A stretch of DNA of 64,000 nucleotides from Octopus vulgaris (lineage: Eukaryota). The position numbers and the translations under genes are program-made. Location of the stretch: NCBI GenBank assembly GCA_951406725.2, contig OX597817.1, forward strand, positions 24,180,001 through 24,244,000, in the 5' to 3' direction. The notes under the pieces were generated by a model. It was not told the DNA's origin. It made no database searches and saw nothing but the letters and a program-made list of their open reading frames with translations. Shown one piece after another: positions 63,006 through 64,000 of this stretch (position 1 is its first letter; each line of letters begins with the position of its first letter).

Positions 63006-63420
63006 AGGCGGCGAGCTGGCAGAATCATCAGCACGCCGGGTGAAATGCTTTGTGGCATTTCGTCCACCAGTACTTTCTGAGTTCAAATTCCACCGAGGTC
63101 TACTTTGCCTTTCATCCTTTCAGGGTTGATAAATTAAGTACCAGTTACGCACTGGGGTCGATATAATCGACTTAATCCGTTTGTCTGTCCTTGATTGTCC
63201 TTTCTGTGTTTAGCCCCTTGTGGGTAGTAAAAAGAAGTAGTATTTCATCTGCCGTTCTGTTCTGAGTTCGAATTCCGCCGAGGTTGACTTTGCCTTTCAT
63301 CCTTTCGGGGTCGATAAATTTAGTACCAGTTATGCACGAGGGTTGATGTAATCGACTTAATCCCTTTGTCTGTCCTTCTTTGTTCCCTCTATGTTTAACC
63401 CCTTGTGGGCAATAAAGAAA
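63006..63420 (+). mobile_element. SINE family A with tandemly repeated 3' part
   Basis: Full unit to about 63238, then restarts at TATTTCATCTGCCG. Confidence 0.9.
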
Positions 63421-63729
63421 GTAATAAGAGATTGTGATGTATTATAGAAATACAATAACTAATCTGGGTACAATAGTTATATTTTACTCATATTTTCAGG
63501 TCATTGCTGGGATTAAAACATGCATAAGACACTGTGTTATCAGGAAACATAACTGATAATACACCAAGATCCAATATCAGTTCATTTTATAACTCCTCAA
63601 CTTCTTCAGTAATTTCCATATAAATTTAAGATATGAAACCCTAACCCATGCAAATATTAAAGATAAGACACATGATGGATAAGGTACTATGTAAATATAG
63701 AGTAAACCATTACACAAAATTACGTATGC

Positions 63730-64000
63730 ATCATGATCATCATCATCATTTAACAACCATTGTCCATGCTGGCATGGGTTGGACTGTTTGGACAGAGCTG
63801 GCAAACTGGGAAGCTGCATCAGACTCCAGTCTTATTTGGCATGGTTTCTATGGCTGAATGCCCTTCTTAATGCCAACCACTTTACAGAGCATGCTGTGTG
63901 CTTTTACATGGGACCACACGGACACTTTTATGTGGCGCTGTACAACACGGGTGATTTTACACACTCTTACATGGCACCAAATGTGTGCTTTTATGACACT
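63730..64000 (-). mobile_element. Family D retroposon, runs off the window
   Basis: (CAT)n TTTAAC...CCATGCTGGCATGGGTTGGAC...GCCCTTCTTAATGCCAACCAC. Confidence 0.8.

Overview
AT-rich eukaryotic (metazoan) DNA, saturated with microsatellites and transposon debris. The SINE repertoire and repeat landscape point to an octopus or other coleoid cephalopod genome; this is an inference, not a database match. No intact, recognisable protein-coding gene is present, and nearly all ORFs in the track are microsatellite or SINE artefacts. Supported features are: about 38 copies of four SINE-like families (called A-D here); decayed RTE, CR1/L2-type and R4/Dong-type LINEs; a Penelope-like GIY-YIG relic; two Tc1/mariner relics; Helitron/HINE elements; MITEs; possible solo LTRs; and a 100-N gap. 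The best signals are (i) a complete type I hammerhead ribozyme at 25678-25763, in a cluster with two further hammerhead-like motifs beside the Penelope relic, (ii) two long fold-back palindromes, (iii) a candidate minus-strand spliced transcript with a frame-switching 23-nt micro-exon and a NAGNAG acceptor, (iv) modular head/tail swapping among SINEs with a visible RTE partner tail, and (v) a PHD-like finger in the RTE ORF that carries the same TGA in two copies. Repeat boundaries were set by eye and are approximate.
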